64,000 nucleotides of DNA from an uncultured Nitrososphaerales archaeon (GTDB lineage Archaea > Thermoproteota > Nitrososphaeria > Nitrososphaerales > Nitrososphaeraceae): assembly GCA_963841565.1 (NCBI GenBank), contig CAWJCY010000006.1, positions 128,001 to 192,000 of the forward strand. Reading direction: 5' to 3'. Position 1 is the first letter of the stretch. Every line of letters starts with the position of its first letter. Made by a program: the position numbers and the translations under genes. Below the pieces are notes generated by a model. It ran no database searches, was not told the DNA's origin, and saw only the letters and a list, made by a program, of their open reading frames with translations. This document shows, piece after piece, positions 51,870 to 62,519 of this stretch.

Positions 51870-52129
51870 AAATATTCGCCTGCTTACGTAGCCTTCTCCT
51901 TCTAATTTTTATCGCTGAGATTTAAAAACTTATAGATTTTGTATTGAGGCAGATATAATACATTTAAGTTACAAGAACTTTTGAGCCGTGATGGGATTTT
52001 ATCGTAGGCGGTTGAAATCAAGCACTGTTCAAGACCTAGGCAGTTGAGGTTCCTGTGTCAAGCTAAAATGATTGACATCCAATTCGAGCACCCATTTGAA
52101 CTAAGTGATGTCTATAGCGACTGAAAATA

Positions 52130-53116
52130 TTAGAGCCATTCAGAAAGTACTGGATAATAGGCCTTACGTCTCGTATCATCCAGGCTATTTTTCTCTAGGA
52201 CTAATCCTTGTTCCTTAAGATCTTCAATGGCATTTTGAATTGTTCTCCTGGGTAAATGACTAATTCGGATCAATTCACTCTGTTCTACAGGGTATTTAGT
52301 TTTTATTATGTAGTAAATAAATTTGGACGCAGGACCACCTTCAGGATCCTTTCGAAAGTAGGAGACCCCGTACGCTGCTTTTGACATTAAGCCTCTTCGT
52401 TGTGTTTCAATAGACATGAGCAAATCTGGCCTAACTTCTGCCAAGTTTACGCGTTGTCCAAACTCAGCTATAAGAGCCGATTGTTGCGATTCAAGTGGGG
52501 CTTCAAAAACAAACGCTTTTGGAGGAAATTTTGATGTGAGTGCACCCATTAGGTGCCATTTCACTGCTCCACGTTCGTCATAAATTCCTACACCCATCCC
52601 TTCATTCGCCTCCAGTATAACCTTATTACTACCGAGCTTGATGCTTTGTTCAGTTCTTGAAAGAATCTGTTCAACGGTCAATTGATGCCTAGGATCCTTT
52701 CTTCCAATTTTCCAGAAGTACCGCATTTCCTTTGATTCAATAGTATTGACGATTTTTTCTTTTTCGTCCAAACTCAAATCACGATTGTTTTCGCTTATTT
52801 CTATAACGTCAATGCCCATTCTAGAGGCCTCAGTTACGAACCTCTCAAACACATTTTCGATTATCGCATACTCAGTCATTGTACTTCCCAACGACACTTG
52901 AACACCATGCTTGTGGTAAATCCCTATTTTCTTTTCGAGAATAATGTCAGGAATCAAAAGCGGATATGCTCCATAGATCTTCACCATATCTACTAACGGT
53001 GAAAGAGTTTCAATACCTTCGCTATCCATGCTAGGTAGCCTGTCAATCATGTAAGTTAGTCCTTCTTCTCGTGGTTTTTTCGAGTCGATTCGATCCTTTA
53101 TTATATCTTCAAGCAT
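52130..53116 (-). CDS. comA: Phosphosulfolactate synthase (ComA)-like TIM barrel fused to C-terminal wHTH
   Basis: KPREEGLT, IEISE, FEAP...Q, VNL, RRGL; C-terminal SELIRISHLPRRTIQNAIEDLKEQGLV...D.RR..Y. Confidence 0.85.
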   Translation of the reverse strand: MLEDIIKDRIDSKKPREEGLTYMIDRLPSMDSEGIETLSPLVDMVKIYGAYPLLIPDIILEKKIGIYHKHGVQVSLGSTMTEYAIIENVFERFVTEASRMGIDVIEISENNRDLSLDEKEKIVNTIESKEMRYFWKIGRKDPRHQLTVEQILSRTEQSIKLGSNKVILEANEGMGVGIYDERGAVKWHLMGALTSKFPPKAFVFEAPLESQQSALIAEFGQRVNLAEVRPDLLMSIETQRRGLMSKAAYGVSYFRKDPEGGPASKFIYYIIKTKYPVEQSELIRISHLPRRTIQNAIEDLKEQGLVLEKNSLDDTRRKAYYPVLSEWL

Positions 53117-53369
53117 CTTATCTGAGAATATTCATTAGGCTCCTTTACCTATATTGAAGTTGCTTACTTGATCTATATGTTGATAATCGCCCAATAGAAT
53201 AATGCTCTAATGTGTACCCCAAAAGTCGCAAGAGATAGTACCTTAATGGTCCTGTTTATGTCAACCAAGTCATTCCAATATGTCATATCGGTATATCTTT
53301 CTTTGAATCAGGAGCAATACCAATTTAATGTGATATGACTCAAGTCGGCCTAAATGAAGAAAAGCTGTG

Positions 53370-54230
53370 TCATATCCTATCCATCGCATCTTGAACCTGT
53401 AGAAGTGCAGAAATAATCTGCTCGGCGTCGACCGAAGACAACCGTTTAGTATTTACGAAGGGATCAATTACTCCCGTTTTTTCATTCTTAATAGTCCCAA
53501 TGTCCACGTACATGGCAACACCAACTTCTCCCTGCATTAATTTATTGTAATCAATTAAAACCGGTGAAACCTGGTATAGTTCTATCACGAGGTTCTCCAA
53601 TTCTTTGAATAGTAACTTCCTTTGATAATCAATGTTAAGGAATTGAGGGAATTCACTCTCAATCGACTCAGCTTTCTTCACTAGGTCACCATAGAGTCCT
53701 TCATTTTCAAGTAGGTTCTTAAATAACTCTTCCTCACTCATGTTCCCAAGCTCCCTAAATGACAATTCCTCCTTTATCATATTATTCGCTTGCTGAGATA
53801 TCTGGGAATAATATCGAATGCCTTTCTCTTCCAATTCTCGGAGATTTCTTTGTATGTCAAGCACTTTTTTATTTACCTGATAATAAGGTAGAGTATGAAA
53901 TTGAACTCCAAAATACCCTCTGACATCATACTTGCCCACAGATTTCCTAAATTCGCAATAGATCCTATTCAAATCCTCAATTTTGGACCGTGATATGCCA
54001 TAACTTTGCCACCCAGATAGGGATCGTATCAAGCGTTCGTAGAATTTCGAAACTCTTTCAAGATCAAATGTAGGTGATTGCGTCACAGTCCCATCTGCGA
54101 GCATAACGTTTACCTCATGCATCGAGATATTGGAAGAGATAGAGCGTAGGAAACACTCTCCGACGCGATAGTGAATGGAATTTATTTCTTGAATATTACT
54201 ATTGTTAGTATCCTTTAAAGGCAACCTCAT
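53370..54230 (-). CDS. Hypothetical protein (coiled-coil rich)
   Basis: 286-aa uninterrupted ORF. Confidence 0.7.
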   Translation of the reverse strand: MRLPLKDTNNSNIQEINSIHYRVGECFLRSISSNISMHEVNVMLADGTVTQSPTFDLERVSKFYERLIRSLSGWQSYGISRSKIEDLNRIYCEFRKSVGKYDVRGYFGVQFHTLPYYQVNKKVLDIQRNLRELEEKGIRYYSQISQQANNMIKEELSFRELGNMSEEELFKNLLENEGLYGDLVKKAESIESEFPQFLNIDYQRKLLFKELENLVIELYQVSPVLIDYNKLMQGEVGVAMYVDIGTIKNEKTGVIDPFVNTKRLSSVDAEQIISALLQVQDAMDRI

Positions 54231-54356
54231 AACGAGTTCAAGGCTATTATTTTACTGCAGATACTTATAATTCAATTGCGTTAATCGGGATTTAATCTTA
54301 CGCGGTTAACTCAAACTAGTCACACAACTGCCAGCCCCAGCTGCTATTGGTGATGT

Positions 54357-55140
54357 CTAGGACATAACAAAGAGTTTGTATTAGTTCCCGGTTATTCTAT
54401 TTGTATATTTCCACTCGTCGACCTGTGACGTAATCTCAGAAAACTTTTTTCTCAAAGTAGAATCTAACTCAAAATACACGTCCTCACCAATTGTAATTTG
54501 ATCGGCTTCCGTAATGGAGGTCATCTTGGAGGCTATGCTCATGCAATATCCCAGGATATCGACTAACGAACTCTTGTCTTGTCCATATAATACAACCACA
54601 TTCTCTCCTTCGTCAATTCCTATTTTTACACTCAACTCAGGATAATCATATTGATTTAGGATTGGATTAATTCCGTTCTTAACCACACTCAAGATAGACC
54701 GAGCACATCTAACTGAATTCATACAAGCAATGATCCTGTTTGAGGTTGAAAGAAAAAATGCAATAACCGCATCACCAACATACTTTAATACATACCCACC
54801 ATGGCTCTGTATTGCAGAAGTCACTTCGTATGAAAACGCTCGTATTATGGTAACGAGTTTGTCGACGGGCAATGTCATGCTCATATTGGTAGAACCGACT
54901 AAGTCGACGTACATAATTATGAGCCGTATCTTAGAACTGGCATGGTTAAGAAGATACCCTTTACCGGCCTCGAAACTAGTATCATACTCATGCAATCTCT
55001 TTAAGGCCTTTCAGACTCGGCGCTGAGATTGAGTGATAAGGGCTTCAATTTCATTGCCACTCAATTGAGGATTTTCCGATCGGTAATAAGCATCATCAGT
55101 CGGCAAGGTGCTAATTTCTTGTGAAGTAAGACGGTCATAT
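54357..55140 (-). pseudogene. Class III adenylate/guanylate cyclase pseudogene
   Basis: YVDLVGST, VLKYVGDAV, KIGID.G; in-frame TGA at 55011-55013 (QRRV*KALK) and TAA at 54381-54383 (ITGN*YKLF). Confidence 0.75.
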
Positions 55141-55269
55141 TACCTTATTCCGTTATCAGAAACAGTGGAATCATCGTCGTCGTACAGTGAAAGGCAGCAT
55201 GTGGTATCCCCTCTCGCTATGGCAAATGGTAAGGAGAAGCATATAAGACTCTGATACATTCAACGTTGT

Positions 55270-56103
55270 GTGGTTGAATTAAGCTTAGGTCATACTCCTG
55301 ACGCTGATGATGCATTCATGTTTTATGGGATTGCATCAGGCAAGGTGAATAGCGGTGCGTTTGAAATCAAGCACGTAATAGAGGATATTGAAACCCTTAA
55401 CAATAGGGCATTGGATCACAAACTTGATGTCACTGCGATTTCAGCGCATGCATATGCATACCTGAGAAATTACGTTATCTTGAGCTGTGGTGCCAGTTTT
55501 GGCCTAAATTATGGTCCAGTGATTATTTCAAAGAAAAGATTCACAATTCCTGAACTCAGTCATACCACGATTGCCATACCTGGAAGAATGACCTCAGCAT
55601 ACTTGATTTCAAGGATTGCATTAGGGAACTACCCTTACATTCAGATGCCTTTTCACAAGATACCAAGTGCTGTAAAGGAAGGAGAAGTGGATGCTGGTTT
55701 GGTAATTCATGAAGGGCAGATCACTTTTGATGCATATGGTCTCTTAAAGGTCCTAGATCTAGGAAGATGGTGGAGTGATATCACAAATGGTCTGGCAGTT
55801 CCACTTGGAATAAACGTGGCCAATTCAAAAACTATGTCAGATTTCCAGATTAAGGAATTTGAGCATTTGTTTAAAGACTCTATCCTTTACGGGCTTAGCC
55901 ATTTTGATGACGCAGTGGACTATGCCATGACGTACAGCAGAGGTCAGGCCAGAGACGTGATCGGTAAATTCATAGGAATGTACGTAAACCGGCTAACTAT
56001 AGACATGGGAACAGAAGGTATTGTATCGATCCAGAGAATGTTTGAACTGGCATCTAATAAAGGAATCCTGAAGGAAAATATCTCAAGTTTGATCAAAGGT
56101 TAG
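55270..56103 (+). CDS. mqnD: 1,4-dihydroxy-6-naphthoate synthase (futalosine pathway)
   Basis: GHTPDADDAFMFY, DIETLN, IAIPG.MTSA, IHEGQ, DLG.WW, FI.MYVN. Confidence 0.88.
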   Translation: MVELSLGHTPDADDAFMFYGIASGKVNSGAFEIKHVIEDIETLNNRALDHKLDVTAISAHAYAYLRNYVILSCGASFGLNYGPVIISKKRFTIPELSHTTIAIPGRMTSAYLISRIALGNYPYIQMPFHKIPSAVKEGEVDAGLVIHEGQITFDAYGLLKVLDLGRWWSDITNGLAVPLGINVANSKTMSDFQIKEFEHLFKDSILYGLSHFDDAVDYAMTYSRGQARDVIGKFIGMYVNRLTIDMGTEGIVSIQRMFELASNKGILKENISSLIKG

Positions 56104-56195
56104 GTGAAATCTGTTGAAAGGAATGATACCCTGGTGGTATACATGGCCAATATTAGAAGGGTCCAAAAATATAGGAAGATATTCCCGAATACTAG

Positions 56196-57296
56196 TCAAA
56201 AACGCTTGAGAATATTGAAAAATGTATCCCTTTGTGCAGGTTGTCTATTAATTTCACCGACTAAATTGATTAGCTCCTCTGTTGAAGTTATATTATGCTT
56301 TCCCGTTGCTTTGAATATTTCCTCAGAGAAAGCTGTCCCGACTAGGTCGTTGCCACCGTAATGAAGCGCGACTTGGGCTAACTTCTTTCCAAGGGCTATC
56401 CAATATACAGAGATATTGTTTAGTACGTTTGATAGTAGGATCCTCGAAACCGCTATAACTCTTAGGTCGTATGTCGATGGACTTTCTCTCTGGATCATAT
56501 GGTTCTTCTCAAGTTCAGTATTTTCTAGGCTAAATTTTAGGGGGATGAATGTATTAAAGCCGTTGGTATTCTTGTGTAACTCTCGGATCCGAATGATATG
56601 ATCAACGATGTGTTCAGGTTTCTCAACATGGCCAAAAAGCATCGTACAATTGCTCCTCAAGCCTATTTCGTGGGCTTGGCGGGCAGTATCAAGCCATTCC
56701 TCACCGGAACATTTCCCCCTCACAATCAAATTTCTTGTTTGCTCGTGAAAAATTTCTGCACCGCCCCCGGGTAATGCGTCCAGGCCAGAATCCTTCAGTC
56801 TGCTCAGTATTTCCTTTACGGAATTCCTTGTCAGCTTGGAAATGAAAAAAATTTCAGCTGGTGTGAGTGCTTTTACACATACATGAGGGAATTCCCTTTT
56901 AATAGAAAGGATCATGCGTTCATAGTAATCCAGTCCCAACTTCGGATGAAATCCTCCAACAATGTGCAATTCCGTGGCTCCCAATTCGTTCACTGCTATT
57001 CTAGCCCTTGCGATGAGTTGTTCAGTGGTAAGGGTATAAGCGTCTCCCTCTTGACCCTTTCTATAAAAAGCACAGAGTGGACAACTTGCGGCACAGATGT
57101 TTGTATAATTGAGATAGTACGAACAAACGAATGTTACGGTATTTCCGCTATTTTTCTTGCGTAAATTATCTGCAACCGCTCCCAGTAAGAATAGGTTCTC
57201 TTCATTCATGAGTTGCATTCCATCACTATGTGATAGTTCTTCGCCGGTCATCGCCTTCTCGAGTGCAGGGGTTACTCTTTCAATACCTTGTTGCAA
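56196..57296 (-). CDS. mqnE: Radical SAM aminofutalosine synthase (CofH/MqnE family)
   Basis: TNICAASCPLCAF, ELHIVGG.HP, PGGGAEIF, TMLFGH.E, FIPLKF, YW...G.K.AQVAL. Confidence 0.82.
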   Translation of the reverse strand: MQQGIERVTPALEKAMTGEELSHSDGMQLMNEENLFLLGAVADNLRKKNSGNTVTFVCSYYLNYTNICAASCPLCAFYRKGQEGDAYTLTTEQLIARARIAVNELGATELHIVGGFHPKLGLDYYERMILSIKREFPHVCVKALTPAEIFFISKLTRNSVKEILSRLKDSGLDALPGGGAEIFHEQTRNLIVRGKCSGEEWLDTARQAHEIGLRSNCTMLFGHVEKPEHIVDHIIRIRELHKNTNGFNTFIPLKFSLENTELEKNHMIQRESPSTYDLRVIAVSRILLSNVLNNISVYWIALGKKLAQVALHYGGNDLVGTAFSEEIFKATGKHNITSTEELINLVGEINRQPAQRDTFFNILKRF

Positions 57297-57600
57297 TCTA
57301 GTTGACTTATGTCAGTGAATGTCAATATAAAACCTATGCAATGCTCTGCTATCAAATAGGGACAATATTTTCTTCGGTCAATTGTCAGATCTTCTTCTTT
57401 TATTTTTAGCGCCTTGAACCGTTCGAGTAGAATTAGAATGCCACGGCATTATATGGCCTCTAAAAGGTTCGTCTCCATCCATTGAATTTGGAGTATAGTA
57501 GAAAGCGAGCTGATTGTGATATGGGTATGTTGTTTGTTAATTCATTAATTCTGGGGTTTGTAACGAATAAATAACATCATTAATTCACATATCATGTATA

Positions 57601-58731
57601 TTGAATAGCGCGACCGGGTTTGCTCAGAACTTGATCAACAAGTCAGATATTTCAGATATCATATACAACGTTCTTGATGGAAGTCGTCTTAATTTAAGCG
57701 ATTATCTTAGACTCTTGGAATCTGAGGATGTTTATTCTCTTGGTATTTCCGCCAATTATTTGCGCAATAAATTATTTGGCAATGATGCCAGCTTTGTTAG
57801 TAATATAATACTTAATTATACCAACGTATGTGTAACATATTGCAAATTCTGTGCATTCTATAGACCTCCTGGACATTCGGAATCATACTCATTATCTCTG
57901 AGGCAGATACTAGAGCGTGTGAATGGGGCTAAGCAGGCATATGGCATAACTCAAATTCTTATCCAAGGTGGTCATAATCCAAATCTTAGGGTCGAATATT
58001 ATGAAGAAGCATTTAGAGAAATAAAAAGGCGATATCCTGAAATCGGTATCCACGGTCTTTCTGCGTCTGAAATAGATATGATAGCGAGGGTAGAGAGAAG
58101 CAGTACGAGAGAAATTCTTCACAGATTAAAGTTAGCTGGGCTTGACTCGCTTCCCGGTGCAGGTGCAGAGATACTGGACGATAACGTAAAATCAATAATT
58201 AGCCCATTGAAAATTAAGACTGATGAGTGGTTAAGAATCATGGAGGAAGCTCATAGTCTGGGAATTAGGTCTTCCGCTACAATGATGTACGGCACAGTGG
58301 AGACGACAGAGCAGAGGGCGAATCATCTACTCTTAATTGCGAGATTGCAGGAAAAGACGCAAGGCTTTATGTCATTTATACCATGGAGTTTTGAGCCCAA
58401 CAAAACTGAAATGCAAAATGACGGTTCTGTGAGGTATTCTTCAGGTGGATTGGGCTTGCTAAAGATGATTGCGATCTCTAGGATAGTCTTCTACGGGTTG
58501 ATTAATCATTTGCAGTCCTCATGGCTAACCAACGGAATAGGTATGGCCCAGCTGGCCTTGAATTATGGAGCTGACGATTTCGGAGGGACACTTATTGGAG
58601 AAGAAGTTGTTAGCGCTACAGGGGCAAGGTCCACAGAATTAACCGCAAGCAAGATAATAGAGTCCATAAAACAGATAGGATATAGACCATGCGAAAGGGA
58701 CAACTACTATAACATAATTAGGTACTTTTGA
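57601..58731 (+). CDS. mqnC: Radical SAM cyclic dehypoxanthine futalosine synthase
   Basis: NYTNVCVTYCKFCAFYR, QGGHNP, PGAGAEIL, ATMMYG, FIPWSF, LQSSW.T.G, GADDFG. Confidence 0.88.
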   Translation: MNSATGFAQNLINKSDISDIIYNVLDGSRLNLSDYLRLLESEDVYSLGISANYLRNKLFGNDASFVSNIILNYTNVCVTYCKFCAFYRPPGHSESYSLSLRQILERVNGAKQAYGITQILIQGGHNPNLRVEYYEEAFREIKRRYPEIGIHGLSASEIDMIARVERSSTREILHRLKLAGLDSLPGAGAEILDDNVKSIISPLKIKTDEWLRIMEEAHSLGIRSSATMMYGTVETTEQRANHLLLIARLQEKTQGFMSFIPWSFEPNKTEMQNDGSVRYSSGGLGLLKMIAISRIVFYGLINHLQSSWLTNGIGMAQLALNYGADDFGGTLIGEEVVSATGARSTELTASKIIESIKQIGYRPCERDNYYNIIRYF

Positions 58732-58861
58732 TTGATTGTTCCTTCCTCTAGGACTTTAGCCATATTATATAACATTTGATATTGTCAATCGAGTTAAGAC
58801 AGTTGGTCAAATAAGCTTAGAAGTACCTTTAAATTGTCTATAAAGATCAAGTCTTATCATC

Positions 58862-60259
58862 ATGCCAGTAGGAATCGATGATCTGGCTATCTACGTTCCT
58901 AAGCTCTATGTAGATTCTAAAGAGTTTGCGGAGGCAAGGGGAATAGACCCTCAGAAGCTAGAATTTGGTATTGGGATTCGGAAAATGGCTATAGTTGATG
59001 TTAATCAGGATCCGGCCTGTATGGCGGCCAACGCATGTCTAACATTAATGGAGAAGAATGGTTTGCAACCCCAAGATATTGGGAGAATGTATGTAGCAAC
59101 CGAATCAGGACTTGACGAATCAAAAGCAATGAATTCTTTTGTGATTGGGATGCTGGAGCAGGTTTATGGTGAAGGTTCTTTTGAACACGCAGGAGGAATC
59201 GAGTGCAAATTTGCATGTGTAAGCGGATCTTATGCTCTATATGACAATGCAAATTGGATACGTGCCGAAGAAAATAATGGTAAAGCTGCAATTGTGATTG
59301 TAAGTGATATTGCCAAGTACGATATTGGTTCGGCTGCTGAGTACACCCAGGGAGCTGGTGCAATAGCCATGTTGATCAAGGAGAATCCTAGATTGTTGGC
59401 CTTCGATCAAAAGGTCACGTCGACTATAATTAGAAACGAGTATGATTTTTACCGGCCATTCGGAAAAGAAACGCCTTTGGTCAATGGGAATTATTCAAAT
59501 CTACTATATCTGATACAGGTCAGGAAGGCCTTTGACAGTTATAAAGAAAAGGCATTGAGGTATGGACTAATTGATCTAAAGGAAGGAGAATCCATTACGG
59601 ATCATATCGATCTAATCAGTGTTCATCTACCATACAGACGAATGGGTGAGAAGGCTTTGGCATATCTCTTAAGACATGAGTGGAGGAACCTTCCTAGATG
59701 GAAAGAAGTTATTAACGAAGTAGGGATAGAAGAGCCTTCTCCAAAAGATCCCAGGGGAACTATTGAATCTATTCTGGCTGATACAGAATTTATGAAATCA
59801 GATGAGAGGTTCCGGAGATTGTTTATGCAAACAACCCTTTACCACGAGGCTTATGAAAAGAAAATGGCGAGCTCTTTGGAGGCTTCCGAATTGATCGGCA
59901 ATCTATATACTGCTTCAATGTATATGGGGTTCAGAAGTTCGTTAGAGTTTGAATATAAGAGGGGAACTGATTTAGATGGCAAAAGGGTAGGCTTCGGTTC
60001 GTATGGTAGCGGTAGCAGCGCAATGGTTTTCAGTGGTGTAATTCAGCCCGCCTATAAGGAAATAGTATCTGAAATGAATCTAGAAGAGGAGATCGGCGCT
60101 AGGATGAAGCTTTCAATGGATGAATATGAAGGATTACACAGAGGGATAGGAAGGGGATTGTTCGATTCTATCAATCATAGCATTAAGGAATTTGTACTGA
60201 TCAAAATAGGAGGAAAGTCGACGGAAAAAGCCGGTTTACGGGAATATGCCTATACGTAG
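58862..60259 (+). CDS. Hydroxymethylglutaryl-CoA synthase
   Basis: VATES..DESK, CKFAC, SDIAKY, EYTQGAGA, DFYRP, HLPY, GNLYTAS, SYGSGS. Confidence 0.93.
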   Translation: MPVGIDDLAIYVPKLYVDSKEFAEARGIDPQKLEFGIGIRKMAIVDVNQDPACMAANACLTLMEKNGLQPQDIGRMYVATESGLDESKAMNSFVIGMLEQVYGEGSFEHAGGIECKFACVSGSYALYDNANWIRAEENNGKAAIVIVSDIAKYDIGSAAEYTQGAGAIAMLIKENPRLLAFDQKVTSTIIRNEYDFYRPFGKETPLVNGNYSNLLYLIQVRKAFDSYKEKALRYGLIDLKEGESITDHIDLISVHLPYRRMGEKALAYLLRHEWRNLPRWKEVINEVGIEEPSPKDPRGTIESILADTEFMKSDERFRRLFMQTTLYHEAYEKKMASSLEASELIGNLYTASMYMGFRSSLEFEYKRGTDLDGKRVGFGSYGSGSSAMVFSGVIQPAYKEIVSEMNLEEEIGARMKLSMDEYEGLHRGIGRGLFDSINHSIKEFVLIKIGGKSTEKAGLREYAYT

Positions 60260-60554
60260 ACATTTTTGGTCTACAGATATTAAGTTAGCCTATTGTCCAA
60301 TTTTTGCAGGTGGTTTTTGTCAGATATTATTATTTTAAATAAATGACTAGCCCTACTTTGTAAAAAAATAATAAGATTGACATTTTATGACTACTCCACT
60401 CGCTACTTTGAATATATACTAGTCCTTAGGCACCTAGTTCAGCTTGAAATTCTTGTACCGCAGAGCATACTGTTGCTTTGAGGACAGGCTATCGCATTAA
60501 GTATCTTGGATAAGAGGAGATATACACATGAAGGATTGGATTAACACGACTAAC

Positions 60555-60865
60555 ATGATTCTATACAATTTCAAATGGATGGGCTCATGTTAAGGAATGG
60601 GTCTCATTTCTTCTTTACTTGTGCCATTTCCCATGTCTCTGGCTCTAGCTTCGGGAGCATTTATTGCGGTTAATTTTGTGATGACTGATCTAAGGATATT
60701 AAGTAAGAATATTAGTACATTCTTTTTGATCCGTGCTACTTATCTTCAAACACGTCGTCGTCATATGATCAGAGTATGATAAAATACAATTTCATAAGAT
60801 GCGGTAATAAGCATAAGGATATATCGTGGTCAATTTGCAGTTCAAAGATGAAAAGACCAGGATAA
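60555..60865 (+). pseudogene. Degenerate membrane-anchored zinc-ribbon gene
   Basis: MILYNFKWMGSC*GMGLISSLLVPFP... (TAA at 60591) and, in another frame, IKYNFIRCGNKHKDISWSICSSKMKRPG*, a decayed CxxC...CxxC ribbon. Confidence 0.55.
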
Positions 60866-61464
60866 GAAAAACTTCCAATATTATTTGTAAATCCTTATTT
60901 TTCTATTGCAGATAGTACTAAAATCGAACGATGAGGTGGGAGCTTAGTGCTTGTACACAAACTTAGGTAACTCACGTCTCGATGAGTGTCTACAGTTATT
61001 AGCTTCGACGCATAAGATGGAAGAAGTTGCTCTTGTAATCATTTAGCTTATACACATTACAAAAGTTAGAGTGCAATAGTGTCTGCAACTCAATGCTGTA
61101 ACAAAATTTGAAAGATGTAATCTCAAGTGATTGGGCGGGTTTGATTTAGTCAGTTTAGCACTTTATACGCCTAATTTAATAATATAAAATGTATTTATTG
61201 ATTCTGAAGATCTAGCAATCATTGTTCCTGTCGGAGTAGATCTCTCAAAAAACTGTCACTAACCAGGATATAGATATTCAACAATATCAATGAAGAGTCC
61301 CTCGTTTTGATTTGATAACGCTTTGAGTGAGTAGGTAAGATATAATAGATGCCACCCAATCTACATGATAGTCGAAAGAAATTATAGAGTTCTTTAAGCA
61401 TATTAAAGAGGACCGAGATCCAAAGCACTATTCATCGTTCGCGACTAGATATTAAATCTGATAT

Positions 61465-62217
61465 TTATCTAATTTCATCAAACTCACCTTTGGTTTTTTC
61501 CAAGAAATGCATAAATTTCCTATCAGAAGCAATAAGACCTTTCATTGAACTTTCCAATTCATATAGCGAAACTCTTGCACTATCATTTTCCACAAGTGCA
61601 GAAGAAATGGTTAATAGATTTGACTCACTATACATTAAGGCCACCTTCACTGCGAGAACCTTGATTAATTCCTCTAATTCATAACCTAATGAATCGTCTC
61701 TCCTATCATGACTTTCCGGTTCGGATTTTAGAGGGAAATTTTGATTTGTCAATATTCTTGCACATTCAGTCAAATACTCAGTAATTGCCTCATAAAATCT
61801 AGCAGTGCCTTGACTTATCGTTTTAGTTTCAAAATACGGAAATACAAGCGTTTTGAGAACGGTATTTAGACTATAATTTAGGAGTAGCTGAGGAGGGTAG
61901 ATCAGCTTGTTCGCAAAAATATAGAGCAAACCATGAGTAGTAAACCTATATATCATACTCCCACCAAAGACTTTTCTCTGTTCTTGATTTTCTTCCACAT
62001 ATCGAAGCTCAATAAGCCTTTTTAATACCGCATAATCATTTCTTTCTTGGGAATTTTGCTGGCGAAATCTAAACTTTGATGATGATGATGCGATTCTATA
62101 AGTTGATCCTTCAGAGTTGATTATCCTGTAAATTAGTGCCTTTTCGTTACTGGGTATATCTCGAAGCTGAAAATCTCCTGTCGTATTTATGAGTTCTCTG
62201 TAATCCATTTGGTGCAC
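61465..62217 (-). CDS. Hypothetical protein with possible wHTH
   Basis: LKRLIELRYVEE...YRFTTHGLLY wing-like motif. Confidence 0.65.
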   Translation of the reverse strand: MHQMDYRELINTTGDFQLRDIPSNEKALIYRIINSEGSTYRIASSSSKFRFRQQNSQERNDYAVLKRLIELRYVEENQEQRKVFGGSMIYRFTTHGLLYIFANKLIYPPQLLLNYSLNTVLKTLVFPYFETKTISQGTARFYEAITEYLTECARILTNQNFPLKSEPESHDRRDDSLGYELEELIKVLAVKVALMYSESNLLTISSALVENDSARVSLYELESSMKGLIASDRKFMHFLEKTKGEFDEIR

Positions 62218-62519
62218 TTTTTCAATAGGTAGTTACTCCTAACAGTAGTTGACAATTGAATTAAAATGTATCTGCCCTAGAGATTCCAATATATGAAATA
62301 AGGTTCGCATGATTGCTGATACACTACAAGCACTAGAACTATTTTGATATTTTATAGTATTGACGCCTGAATTTCCGTGCGATCATATTGATCCTCAAAA
62401 TTAGAACAGAGTAGCTAATGGTTTCCTGCTTTCTGAGTTCATGGGTTAATCCAACACGCCTGCACAACTGGATGAAAGTTTAAAATAGGTTATAAACTGA
62501 TTTTTAAGATGTACTGGTT

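Noticed and set aside
55011-55013. TGA as selenocysteine or programmed readthrough
   Set aside because: The position looks like Trp rather than Cys, and additional TAA stops indicate decay.
56196-58731. Radical SAM pair as F420 CofG/CofH
   Set aside because: Adjacent mqnD and the motif patterns fit MqnE/MqnC better.
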